A stretch of 64,000 nt of DNA from Candidatus Bathyarchaeia archaeon (GTDB lineage Archaea > Thermoproteota > Bathyarchaeia > Bathyarchaeales > Bathycorpusculaceae). Each line of letters starts with the position of its first letter. Position 1 is the stretch's first letter. The DNA is taken from contig JBEKHN010000002.1 in assembly GCA_050012255.1 (NCBI GenBank), positions 1-64,000 of the forward strand. Reading direction: 5' to 3'. Below the pieces are notes generated by a model. That model ran no database searches. It was not told the DNA's origin and was given only the letters and a program-made list of their open reading frames with translations. The translations under genes were made by a program, and so were the position numbers. Below, piece after piece: positions 8,663 to 18,105 of the stretch.

Positions 8663-8992
8663 AATATCACCTTTCTATTTCGACTTTGTTGAATACGCGC
8701 GCGCTGCTTATAAACAGCACGTCCAAAATCATGAAGCCCAGGCTTCTAAGAATCCAATTCGAGGTCAATAGGAACATTCAACAAGTTGTTTTTTGTGACC
8801 CATGATTCGCGCGCGTTTTGGGTTTGGGGAGTAAAGTTTTATGCAACCAACGCGCGCTAAGAACAGCGACGGCAGCATAACGGTGCGGAAGGCTTAAACT
8901 CCTCTCTTTTTTCGCGCTAAAAGTCTTAAAGTATTGCCTTCTGACCCGTTAGGTATATAAAACCGTGCTTTCTAATCGTCTAGCTCCAATCG

Positions 8993-10339
8993 GTGATGGA
9001 AATGGCCAGTTATCCGAAGATTATTGTTACTCCACCGGGCCCTAAAGCAAGGGAACTGGTTAGAAAAGACGAAGCACTCATTTCGCCTTCCTACGGTCGA
9101 TTCTATCCTCTTGTCGTCGAGTCAGGCAGAGGCTGTATAGTGAAGGATGTCGACGGAAACGAGTACATCGATTTCAACTCTGGCTTGGTGTGCATGAACG
9201 TCGGCCACAACCATCCCAAAGTGGTTGCAGCCATAAAGAATCAGTGCGACCGCTTCCTGCACTACTCAAACACGGATTTCTTCTACAGGGAGGTCGTTGA
9301 GCTCGCCGACAAACTAGCACATGTTACACCTGGAAGCCCCGAGAAGAAGGTCTATTTTGGTAACAGTGGAGCCGAAGCTATAGAAGCTGCTGTCAAGCTT
9401 GCAAAGTGGCATAGCCGCAAACAGCTGTTCATAGCGTTCACCGGCTCCTTCCATGGTCGTACAGTAGGAGCACTGTCCTTCACAGCCAGCAAGCCGACTC
9501 AGAAACGCTATTTCTTCCCGTTGATGCCTGGGGTAACTCATGTTCCTTACGGGTACTGCTACAGATGCCCGTTCAAGCTGGCACTTCCTGAGTGCCACTA
9601 CTGGTGCGTAGACTTTATTGATGAGCAAGTTCTGCAGAAGTACGTTCCCCCCGAGGACACTGCTGGAATCGTGGTTGAACCCATACAGGGTGAAGGCGGG
9701 TACGTTGTGCCACCGCCAGAATACTTCCAGCGACTGAAGAAGCTTGCCGACAAATATGGATTGCTGCTAATAGACGACGAAGTACAATCAGGAATGGGCA
9801 GAACTGGAAAATGGTTTGCAATCGAACACTGGGGCGTTGAGCCAGACATCCTTTGCACCTCAAAGGCACTGGCTTCGGGACTACCTTTGGGAGCAACTGT
9901 AGCCAAAGCCAAAGTCATGGATTGGGTTCCAGGCTCTCACGCAAGCACGTTTGGCGGCAACCCACTGTCATGCGTCGCGGCAAGCGCAGTGATAGATGTC
10001 ATAAAGGAAGAAAAGCTTCTTGAGAACGCGACGAAGGAAGGTGCTTACATCATGAAGCGGCTCACAGAACTGAAAGAGAAGAGTGAAATCGTGGGAGATG
10101 TCAGGGGCAAGGGTTTGATGATAGGCATGGAAATCGTTGAAGACAAGGAAAGCAAGAAGCCCGCACCTCAAAAAGCGAGCGAGATAATGACCCGCTCATG
10201 GAAACGAGGGATCAACGTCATTACCTGTGGGGCTTCAACCATTAGAGTTGCCCCGCCTCTGATCATAACCAGAGAGCTTGTGGATACGGCACTGGACATA
10301 ATTGAAGACGTCACAAAAGAAGTTGAAAAGGAAAGCTAG
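8993..10339 (+). CDS. Class III PLP aminotransferase (acetylornithine/4-aminobutyrate type)
   Basis: EPIQGEGG, DDEVQSGMGRTGK, SKALASG, STFGGNP. Confidence 0.92.
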   Translation: MMEMASYPKIIVTPPGPKARELVRKDEALISPSYGRFYPLVVESGRGCIVKDVDGNEYIDFNSGLVCMNVGHNHPKVVAAIKNQCDRFLHYSNTDFFYREVVELADKLAHVTPGSPEKKVYFGNSGAEAIEAAVKLAKWHSRKQLFIAFTGSFHGRTVGALSFTASKPTQKRYFFPLMPGVTHVPYGYCYRCPFKLALPECHYWCVDFIDEQVLQKYVPPEDTAGIVVEPIQGEGGYVVPPPEYFQRLKKLADKYGLLLIDDEVQSGMGRTGKWFAIEHWGVEPDILCTSKALASGLPLGATVAKAKVMDWVPGSHASTFGGNPLSCVAASAVIDVIKEEKLLENATKEGAYIMKRLTELKEKSEIVGDVRGKGLMIGMEIVEDKESKKPAPQKASEIMTRSWKRGINVITCGASTIRVAPPLIITRELVDTALDIIEDVTKEVEKES

Positions 10340-10357
10340 GGCTGCACGCGTGTTCAA

Positions 10358-10786
10358 ATGGAAATCCGAAGACTAACCGCAGTCGACTACGACGAAATCG
10401 TGAAGTTTTGGTTTATTGCCCAACTGCCCTATAAACCAAGGGGCCGTGACAGCGAACAAGCAATAGCGTTGGAAATGAAAGCTAATTCAGACTTTTTCTT
10501 GGGAGCCTTCGAGCAAGGGCTTCTTATTGGGACAGTAGTCATGAGTTGTGACCTGAGAAAGGGTTGGATAAACCGTTTAGCTGTGCATCCAGCCTTCAGA
10601 ACCCGCGGCATAGCGAGGGCCCTAATCTATGAAAGCGAGAGTATCCTTAGAAAACGCGGTGCGAGACTCTTCTGTGTCTTGATTGAAGGTTCGAATGCTG
10701 CGTCGAAAAACCTCTTCAGGAAGTGCAGCTATGAGGAGCATCATGATATACTGTATTTCAGCAAGCGGGATAGCCGCGATGCCTGA
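10358..10786 (+). CDS. GNAT family acetyltransferase
   Basis: RLAVHPAFRTRGIARAL motif A. Confidence 0.9.
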   Translation: MEIRRLTAVDYDEIVKFWFIAQLPYKPRGRDSEQAIALEMKANSDFFLGAFEQGLLIGTVVMSCDLRKGWINRLAVHPAFRTRGIARALIYESESILRKRGARLFCVLIEGSNAASKNLFRKCSYEEHHDILYFSKRDSRDA

Positions 10787-10857
10787 TCGTTTCTCACAAA
10801 AAAGTCAGATTGAGTCTCCGCGCATATGCCTGCGATGACTTCGAACAGTCTGCTTCT

Positions 10858-11433
10858 TTAGAAGTCGTGCGGTTTCGCTATTACCTGTCTTATCTTTAAA
10901 TCGAAGAATTTTCCAGCGTTTGCCGGGTGTATCCGAAGTGCGGTGTCGGCGCCTCGACCAGTTCCGCCGATAGCGATAATGTCCCCATCGGCTGGAATCA
11001 AACCAGCATCTGCAGCCATCAAACTTATCTCGACGCAGACTTTTGTTCCTTCACCCATGCGGCGGAGCACGTTTGCCATCAGCTCCAAGGGCTGGATTGT
11101 GCCGAAATCTTTGCGCACAGCTCTTTCAGCGCTGCTCAGGGCGTGAGTGCCGGCGAAGATCGTTGCTCCGTTTGCCAGGATTCTTGTCTCATACTCATCT
11201 TGCAGCTCACTCTTTCCAGGCTCTTTGAAACCGAAATAATGTGTGACGATGACAACATTGCGGCCTTTGAACATCTCAGCTGCTTTTGCTCCCGTTTGAC
11301 CGGTTGTTGAGGCAACCACAATGTCTTTTATGTCTTCCTTTTCCACGTATTTCTTCACGACTTCCAGAAGAGTGTCAGTGTTTTGCTCGCCTGCTTTTGC
11401 GAAGTAGACAGTCTTCTCTTCAACGAGACTCAT
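10858..11433 (-). CDS. Pyruvate kinase C-terminal-like (PK_C) domain protein
   Basis: VVASTTGQTG, KVCVEISLMAADAG, GGTGRGADTA. Likely start MSLVEEK at 11433. Confidence 0.85.
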   Translation of the reverse strand: MSLVEEKTVYFAKAGEQNTDTLLEVVKKYVEKEDIKDIVVASTTGQTGAKAAEMFKGRNVVIVTHYFGFKEPGKSELQDEYETRILANGATIFAGTHALSSAERAVRKDFGTIQPLELMANVLRRMGEGTKVCVEISLMAADAGLIPADGDIIAIGGTGRGADTALRIHPANAGKFFDLKIRQVIAKPHDF

Positions 11434-11458
11434 AGTTTCTTCCTCATCGATGACAAGC

Positions 11459-12046
11459 TCATAAAACTGTAGAGTTTGTTTTATAGTTTTGGAATTTCTG
11501 ACGGTCAGCATCCTTTGTTCGGAGAGGTTTTCTCTTCAGCTCTGTTCCGCACACTTCACATTTTGAGGACTTGTAGCCTGCAGGGTATGTCTTGTGGCAA
11601 GCGGGGCAATACCGCAACCATTGCAAGCGGCGACGAATGCCGAAGGTCGCAAGTGGGGCGAACGCTATTTCGACCTGTTTCGCGACGTTCTGTATTGAAT
11701 AATCGTCCGTGGCAATCAACGGGTCCCAGCCGCGTGATCTGAGTTCGAGGGCAAGTGCCAAGACTTGCAAGTCTGCTTCTGAGAGGAAGAAGAGATCACC
11801 TACTTCTTTCGCTGAGTCTTTAGCTTTCTCCAAGTAAGTCTTGTCTGGGTTTTCAACTTTCACTTTACCGTTTTCTTCCGCGGTCTTGAGCCTGAACCCG
11901 AGAATCGAGTTTTCTCCGATCTCGTCTCTGACTGCAGGAACAGTGTACTGGTCGTCATCCATCAGGAAAGGGTCAAGGCCAGCGACGAGGGCAGAGGTGT
12001 CTAAGACGATGACTCTTCTGCCTGTCGGGTTGCTTAAGGCTTTCAC
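11459..12046 (-). CDS. nob1: Nob1-like PIN/zinc-ribbon rRNA processing endonuclease
   Basis: VLDTSA, LSEAD, TDDYSIQNVA, CPAC...CEVCG. Confidence 0.9.
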   Translation of the reverse strand: MKALSNPTGRRVIVLDTSALVAGLDPFLMDDDQYTVPAVRDEIGENSILGFRLKTAEENGKVKVENPDKTYLEKAKDSAKEVGDLFFLSEADLQVLALALELRSRGWDPLIATDDYSIQNVAKQVEIAFAPLATFGIRRRLQWLRYCPACHKTYPAGYKSSKCEVCGTELKRKPLRTKDADRQKFQNYKTNSTVL

Positions 12047-12891
12047 CTCATTCCCTTGAAAAAGAGTCTACTTCTTAATCGGTGGTACAGATTCTCTCGG
12101 AATCTTATGAAAGATGTCTCATATCTTGACCGTGTGACGATGAGGCGTGGAACTCTAGACGTTACAAGTTGTCGATGGTGTCCATCTATCAGTACCTGTA
12201 TTCTTCTCGGTTTTCTAACCTCAATTGCTAGTGTCGAGTTCGCTGGAAAAACGATTGGCCGAAAAATCGTCAGCGGACAAATTGGTGTGAGGACAAAGGC
12301 GTCTACTCCAGGGTCCAAAACGGGCCCTCCAGCAGAGAGCGAATAGCCTGTAGAGCCGGTTTGTGTGGCCACCATCAATCCATCTGACTGGCAGCCTATG
12401 ATTGATTCTTCGTTTCTGAAGACTCGAGCATAAAGTAGCTTTGCTGGCTCATCGGCTGAGATTACAACTTCGTTCAAAGCTTCTGGAAGCTTCAGTCCGT
12501 CTGCAATAACGGAGAGTTTCATGCATTTTTCAATTCTAAACTCGCCACTTAGGCACTTGTCCACGGCTGTGAAAGCCTCTTTCGGTTCCACTTCTGTCAG
12601 AAAACCCCTTACGCCCATGTTTATACCGAGTATCGGAGGCTCTGGCTTGGCGATCGAAATGCAGGTTCTAAGGATTGTTCCGTCTCCGCCTATCGCGACT
12701 ATGAAGTCAGTCTTCATGTGCTCCAGTGTAACAGATTTTTCTTCGATGCCTGTTTTTTTGACCAGCGTCTCTTCTGCATAGACCTCTAAGCCTCGTGCTC
12801 TCAGGTGCTTGGCAAGGTCTTCCGCCAGTCTGACTGCTTTTTTTCTGTCGAACCGTGCAACCAGGCCGACGCTTTTGAACAAGGCTTTCAC
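12043..12891 (-). CDS. nadK: NAD kinase
   Basis: GGDGT, NE, DG...TGSTGYSLSAGGP. Confidence 0.95.
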   Translation of the reverse strand: MKALFKSVGLVARFDRKKAVRLAEDLAKHLRARGLEVYAEETLVKKTGIEEKSVTLEHMKTDFIVAIGGDGTILRTCISIAKPEPPILGINMGVRGFLTEVEPKEAFTAVDKCLSGEFRIEKCMKLSVIADGLKLPEALNEVVISADEPAKLLYARVFRNEESIIGCQSDGLMVATQTGSTGYSLSAGGPVLDPGVDAFVLTPICPLTIFRPIVFPANSTLAIEVRKPRRIQVLIDGHHRQLVTSRVPRLIVTRSRYETSFIRFRENLYHRLRSRLFFKGMR

Positions 12892-12977
12892 CTTCAGCGT
12901 AGTAGCGCCACCTTAAGCTATATATGGATGTTGTTCAAAATTGCTGAGGATAGTGATCGTGGGCTGTTGGTGAGGAT

Positions 12978-13370
12978 ATGAGCAAGCCGGTTGACGTTGG
13001 AAGCCTGCGCGTTGGGGGCTACATGATTATTGATGGTGAACCTTGTCACATCGTTGACATTACGAAGTCGAAGCCTGGTAAGCACGGTTCTGCCAAGTTT
13101 AGAATAGTTGCGATCGGCGTGTTTGACGGTCAGAAGCGGCAGTTTGTTAAACCCGTTGATCTTGGCGCGGAAGTGCCGATGATCGACAAAAGAATGGGCC
13201 AAGTATTTGCTGTCAACCCTTCAGGGGTCCAAATAATGGATTTGGAAACCTACGAGTACTTTGATGCTCCTTTCCCACAGGAAGAAGAGATGAAAGCCAA
13301 GCTCACTCAGGGCGTCGAGGTCGAGTACTGGAAGATTCTTGGCAGAACCAAAATCATGAGAACAAAGTAG
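12978..13370 (+). CDS. eif5a: Translation factor aIF5A
   Basis: SKPGKHGSAK hypusine motif. Confidence 0.97.
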   Translation: MSKPVDVGSLRVGGYMIIDGEPCHIVDITKSKPGKHGSAKFRIVAIGVFDGQKRQFVKPVDLGAEVPMIDKRMGQVFAVNPSGVQIMDLETYEYFDAPFPQEEEMKAKLTQGVEVEYWKILGRTKIMRTK

Positions 13371-13390
13371 ACTGCTGGACCGTTTTTGAG

Positions 13391-13639
13391 CTAGCTTTTT
13401 TTGTCAGGTACACTTTTTCTTTGGCTCCACCAGTCCCAGCCCAGCCTTCCAAAGCCCACGTAGAGAACCAAAAGTATCGTTCCCCAACTCAATGTAATGC
13501 CCGCGATTTTAAGTATCAATTCGAGCAAGTACGTGTTGCATGCCCAAGCGCTCACACTGCCCAAGCCGAGCAGAACAAGTGCAAATATGGCGAAGTGGAT
13601 TGCGCGTTCGGCTGTCAACGATTTTCGCCTGTTTTTCAA
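13391..13639 (-). CDS. Small two-TM membrane protein
   Basis: Two hydrophobic helices. Confidence 0.5.
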   Translation of the reverse strand: MKNRRKSLTAERAIHFAIFALVLLGLGSVSAWACNTYLLELILKIAGITLSWGTILLVLYVGFGRLGWDWWSQRKSVPDKKS

Positions 13640-13789
13640 TCCTTACAACTGAGCATCGTTTTGTCGATAAAAGATTTTCTGTCAACGTTTATCTTCCTGT
13701 CTAGCCACCACGTTGATGAGGCCGATGATGCATAGAAGAGCCGTCTGATCTGTGACGATATTCAAATGCCTGAGGCTTCAGTCCTTTTC

Positions 13790-14224
13790 CTATGTTGCCT
13801 GTTGATGCTTGCGCGGCAAATGTATCTCCAAGATGCCCTTTTTGTATTGAACACGCATTTTTTTCATGTTGACCGAAACTGGAATAAGCATATGACTGTG
13901 GAACTTTTGTAATTCTCCTCTGCAGTAAGTTATTCCAAGGTCGTCAAGTCGTATTTTCCGTTTCATCTTTGCCGTTATTTCGAGGGAGTTGCTGCCTACC
14001 GGCTCAACCTTCACAGTGCTCTTGCTTGTGAAGGGTAGGTCAACAGTGACCAACACTTCTCTTGGAGTTATCATCATGTCGCGGAGGGGTTCTATTGAGC
14101 AGTTGCGAAGGTTCCAACTTGGTCTCTCGGTGAAGACTTCTCTGAAACCTTCAGCCCACTTGTCGAAGTCTGCAAAATACTCGTCAATTATTTCAGAAAC
14201 TGAACGTTTTCTTCTTATCGCCAT
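13790..14224 (-). CDS. Hsp20 small heat-shock protein
   Basis: EP..D, VDLP, YKKGILEIHLP alpha-crystallin motifs. Confidence 0.85.
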   Translation of the reverse strand: MAIRRKRSVSEIIDEYFADFDKWAEGFREVFTERPSWNLRNCSIEPLRDMMITPREVLVTVDLPFTSKSTVKVEPVGSNSLEITAKMKRKIRLDDLGITYCRGELQKFHSHMLIPVSVNMKKMRVQYKKGILEIHLPRKHQQAT

Positions 14225-14238
14225 TCCACTCCTCCTCC

Positions 14239-14985
14239 CTATGAAACATACATTGGAATGTCGTACTCTTGGCCCTTCTTCATCTTGGACATCTCTTCCT
14301 GTGTTCTCCTCATGACATCTCTGGCTCTCAGCCGTATCTCTTCGCCTTTTTCAAGGAGTTTTGCGACATCGACTTTCACTCCTGTGATCTTTCCAAGGTC
14401 TTTCAAAACTTCAGCTGCTGCCTCTGGGTCTGGATAGTTGAAGAAGCACTGGGCAAGCAATGTTAAAGCTGGAGTTCCGGCGTTTGCAGCTCGCTGCAGC
14501 ATGATTGCTTGAGGGCCAACCATGTAGCCTTCCGTCAGAATCTCAATGCTCTTATCTTGGGCTATTTTAAGGGCTTCAAGACTTGAAGCAGCGGCGAAGG
14601 TTTTCAGCTCCTTGGCGTCCTGCCGATCTTGGATAGGGAGCCCGCTCAGTGAAATCATCATCTTGATGTTCTTATTCTTTCCCCAGTCGATTAATGCGTC
14701 CATTATGGGGTAGATGACATCGACGGGTATTGGGGCTTCGGATATTGCTAACAGGATGTTGCCAGCTGCGAAAATCCGTATCGAAGAGTGGGGCAGGCCT
14801 TCATGCAGAACAATGAGGGGCGGTAGAAGCTTGGAGTCTAGATAGGCCACTTCTTCAAGGTTTAGTTCATCAATCAGATGCGAAGCAGCTATCACGCCTA
14901 CGAGTCCAACGTCGGGGAATCCGAAGATCAACGTGGCCCCGGATGGAATCTTCTTCCGCTCGATGATTCTTACTTGTTCGCTCAA
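14239..14985 (-). CDS. PAC2 family proteasome assembly chaperone
   Basis: GFPDVGLVGVIAA, YPDPEAA. Confidence 0.9.
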   Translation of the reverse strand: MSEQVRIIERKKIPSGATLIFGFPDVGLVGVIAASHLIDELNLEEVAYLDSKLLPPLIVLHEGLPHSSIRIFAAGNILLAISEAPIPVDVIYPIMDALIDWGKNKNIKMMISLSGLPIQDRQDAKELKTFAAASSLEALKIAQDKSIEILTEGYMVGPQAIMLQRAANAGTPALTLLAQCFFNYPDPEAAAEVLKDLGKITGVKVDVAKLLEKGEEIRLRARDVMRRTQEEMSKMKKGQEYDIPMYVS

Positions 14986-15098
14986 ATCAAACCCTCACGT
15001 TTCTTAGGGGGTTGTGAATGTAAAAAGCTTATGGAATATGAGCTTGGGTTACGGAACAGCTATTAAAGGCGTGAAAGGTTCTACATACGGATAAGATC

Positions 15099-16433
15099 AT
15101 GTCTCTGGAACGCTTGGGCTCCTCGCTCTATGACGCTCTCAAGAAAGTGTTCAGAGCTTCGGTCGTAGATGAAGCTACCGTTAAAGAGCTCGTTCGAGAC
15201 ATCCAGAGAGCACTGCTTCAGGCTGACGTAAACGTCCAACTTGTACTTGGCATCTCTAAACGAATAGAAGAAAGGGCTTTGAAGGAAAAGGTTCCTCCAG
15301 GCATTTCGAGACACGAACACGTCATAAAAGTTGTTTATGAAGAGTTGACGCGCTTCCTAGGCGATAAGCCAGTGCCGCTGAAGGTTGAGCTTGGAAAAAG
15401 AAAACTAGTAATGCTCGTGGGCATCCAAGGTTCAGGAAAAACAACCGCGGCAGCCAAGCTTGCGAGATATTTTCAGAAAAGGGGGCTGAAGCCAGCTCTG
15501 ATCTGCGGGGACACTTTTCGACCTGGAGCCTATGCACAGCTCCAACAACTCGCAAACAGGATAAACGTGCCTTCGTACGGCGATGTGAAGGCAAAGGATT
15601 CTATCAAAGTAGTGAATGAGGGCCTAAAGCAGCTCAGCGAGAAGGACGTGATCATCGTTGACACATCCGGTCGCCACAAGGAGGAACAAGAGCTGATCAG
15701 AGAGATGAAGATGCTTGAGAAGAGCATCAAGCCAGATGAAGTCATGCTTGTGATTGACGGAACAATAGGCCAGCAGGCATTAGCTCAGGCAAAAGCTTTC
15801 AACGAGGCAACGCCAATCGGCTCTATCATGGTCACCAAACTAGATGGGTCTGCTAGGGGCGGAGGAGCTCTCTCCGCCGTTGCTGCAACAGGGGCCCCTA
15901 TAAAATTCGTCGGAACCGGCGAAAAAACCGAGGACCTAGAGGCTTTTGTGCCTTCCCGTTTTGTTGGTAGACTCTTGGGAATGGGCGACTTGGAGACCCT
16001 TCTGGACAAAGTGCGTGAAGCGGAGATATCTGTTCCAGAAAAGAAGGCCAAGGCCATCCTAAGCGGCAAATTCACGCTGACGGACATGTATGAACAATTT
16101 GAAGCTTTGAAGGGTATGGGCACCTTCAAGAAACTCTTGAAGATGATTCCGGGAATGTCTTACAACATTCCTGACGACATGGTCAACATGGCTGAAGGGC
16201 GTCTGGAAAAGTGGCGTGTCATGATTCAGTCGATGACGCCTGAGGAGAAGGATAACCCAAAGATTTTTAATGCTTCGAGAATGAAGCGTGTGGCAAAGGG
16301 TTCAGGGACCAACGAAAAAGAGGTAAAAGAGCTTCTGAAGCAGTATGTGATGATGCGCCGAATGCTTAAGACGATGCGGCGTAGAAAGAAGTTTCCATTC
16401 TTTGGAAAGGGCCTGCCCGTTGACATGAAGTAG
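15099..16433 (+). CDS. srp54: Signal recognition particle protein SRP54
   Basis: GIQGSGKTT, DTSGR, TKLD, Met-rich M domain. Confidence 0.97.
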   Translation: MSLERLGSSLYDALKKVFRASVVDEATVKELVRDIQRALLQADVNVQLVLGISKRIEERALKEKVPPGISRHEHVIKVVYEELTRFLGDKPVPLKVELGKRKLVMLVGIQGSGKTTAAAKLARYFQKRGLKPALICGDTFRPGAYAQLQQLANRINVPSYGDVKAKDSIKVVNEGLKQLSEKDVIIVDTSGRHKEEQELIREMKMLEKSIKPDEVMLVIDGTIGQQALAQAKAFNEATPIGSIMVTKLDGSARGGGALSAVAATGAPIKFVGTGEKTEDLEAFVPSRFVGRLLGMGDLETLLDKVREAEISVPEKKAKAILSGKFTLTDMYEQFEALKGMGTFKKLLKMIPGMSYNIPDDMVNMAEGRLEKWRVMIQSMTPEEKDNPKIFNASRMKRVAKGSGTNEKEVKELLKQYVMMRRMLKTMRRRKKFPFFGKGLPVDMK

Positions 16434-16458
16434 GCCCGTCGGAACGAAGGTTGCACCC

Positions 16459-17793
16459 ATGGACATTCTGCAAACAGCCTTGAAGATGCTCGAAAAACAT
16501 CCGCTGTGCAACCACTGTCTGGGAAGACAGTTTGCCCTTCTTGGCCATGGGATCGAGAATGACCAGAGAGGAAAGGCGATTAAGCTCGTGTTAGCCCTCG
16601 AGAGTCACATGTCGGCACTTTCAGACAAAAGAAGGGGCGTAAGTACTCTGAGAGTGCTGGCAACGAACGGCCTCTGTGAGACTGCTAGGGAAATTCTCCA
16701 AGGAATGGAAAAACCCAACGCCGCGGACGTTCGACCGACAGAATGTTTCTTGTGCGCCGATAGATTCGCCGCCGAGGACGATTTGGTCAAAATGGCCCTC
16801 CAGCTTCTTCAGGATTTTGAGTACAACACCTTCCTAGTCGGTACAGAACTGCCCGTGCCAGTTGCGGAACGTGAAGACGAGTTTAAGGCCGAGTTTGAAG
16901 TAAGCCACGGCGAAAACATGCGCAACGAGTTCGGAAGGGTTATAGGAAAAGAAATTGCTCAGCGCACTGGAAAGACGGTGGAGTTTCGAAGGCCCGAAAT
17001 AGTCGTGCTTGTCAACCCCTTCCGTGGACAGGTCGGGCTTCAGGTGAACCCCCTTTTCGTCGCTGGAAGATACAGAAAGCTTGTCCGAGGCATACCACAG
17101 TCAAAGTGGTTCTGCTCAAGCTGCCGTGGGAAAGGCTGCAAAAAATGCAACTGGACAGGAAAAATGTATCCAGAATCGGTGCAAGAAATCGTCGAAGGAC
17201 CCTTCTTGGAAGCGACAGGTGGCCTGAAAGCTTCTTTTCACGCTTCCGGGAGAGAGGACATTGACGCGCGCATGCTGGGCAACGGTAGACCTTTTGTTAT
17301 CGAGGTTACAAGGCCGAGAAAGCGTTTCTTGGACCTTGAGAAGCTTCAAGAAGGGGTGAACGCTGTGGGAAGGGGCAAAGTTGAGGTTTCGGACCTGAGG
17401 TTTGGGGACAAGAATGTTGTAAGGAGGTTGAAGAGGGGCGAATCCACTCAGAAAGAATACCGTCTGCTAATAGAATTTGATAATAAGGTCTTGGCCAAGG
17501 ATCTGCAGCTATTGGAAGAGAGATTGAGAAACGCAATGATCAAGCAGCGAACGCCAGTTCGTGTTTTGCATCGACGTGCGGACATGACTCGGGAAAAGTA
17601 CATATACGAGGTGAATGTTAAGAAACTGTCACTTAAAAAGGCCGAAATGAAAATACGCTGTCAAGGAGGACTCTACGTTAAAGAATTGGTGACCGGAGAT
17701 GAAGGAAGAACAGTCCCCAGCGTGTCAGAAATTCTCAACAACAAAGCGAAGCCTATGAAGCTTGATGTTCTGAGCGTAATCATGGAAGCCTAG
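16459..17793 (+). CDS. pus10: tRNA pseudouridine(54/55) synthase Pus10
   Basis: LCNHCLGRQF, GREDIDARMLG, GGLYVKEL. Confidence 0.95.
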   Translation: MDILQTALKMLEKHPLCNHCLGRQFALLGHGIENDQRGKAIKLVLALESHMSALSDKRRGVSTLRVLATNGLCETAREILQGMEKPNAADVRPTECFLCADRFAAEDDLVKMALQLLQDFEYNTFLVGTELPVPVAEREDEFKAEFEVSHGENMRNEFGRVIGKEIAQRTGKTVEFRRPEIVVLVNPFRGQVGLQVNPLFVAGRYRKLVRGIPQSKWFCSSCRGKGCKKCNWTGKMYPESVQEIVEGPFLEATGGLKASFHASGREDIDARMLGNGRPFVIEVTRPRKRFLDLEKLQEGVNAVGRGKVEVSDLRFGDKNVVRRLKRGESTQKEYRLLIEFDNKVLAKDLQLLEERLRNAMIKQRTPVRVLHRRADMTREKYIYEVNVKKLSLKKAEMKIRCQGGLYVKELVTGDEGRTVPSVSEILNNKAKPMKLDVLSVIMEA

Positions 17794-17807
17794 GAGTTGG
17801 CGGAAAA

Positions 17808-18104
17808 GTGAGAAAATCAAAAGGTTATCGTTCTGGTACGCGTCGCCTTTTCAAGAAGGAACCCAGAGAGCGTGGCAAGATGAAGCTTAGCAAGCTGCTC
17901 TACGAGTATCAGCCTGGGACTCAAGTGGTTGTCAAGATCGACTCAAGCGTTCACAAGGGAATGCCGCACAGACGGTATCATGGTAGAGTTGGCACTGTAA
18001 TCAATAAAAGGGGAAGAAGCTACGTGGTAAGCGTTTCACAGGGAGACGCTATCAGGGAGATCATCGCTAGGCCTGAACATTTAGAACCGTACAAGAGCGA
18101 TTAA
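17808..18104 (+). CDS. rpl21e: Ribosomal protein L21e
   Basis: SKGYRSGTR, HKGMPHRRYHG. Confidence 0.96.
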   Translation: MRKSKGYRSGTRRLFKKEPRERGKMKLSKLLYEYQPGTQVVVKIDSSVHKGMPHRRYHGRVGTVINKRGRSYVVSVSQGDAIREIIARPEHLEPYKSD

Positions 18105-18105
18105 A

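Larger units (their letters stand above)
386..8917. repeat. Dispersed (GC)n junction motif punctuating an accessory mosaic region
   Basis: Perfect runs at 386-393, 505-513, 1491-1500, 2839-2847, 3500-3509, 3751-3758, 4405-4413, 4805-4813, 5079-5086, 7934-7943, 8696-8704, 8808-8815. Shorter or degenerate copies at 1606-1613, 2033-2040, 2072-2078, 5823-5831, 8243-8253, 8851-8857, 8913-8917. Confidence 0.9.

Noticed and set aside
386-8917. CRISPR array or classical integron interpretation of the GC-run region
   Set aside because: The repeat is only 8-10 nt, spacing varies about 70-fold, and no cas or intI gene or attC-like long palindromes were seen in the window.
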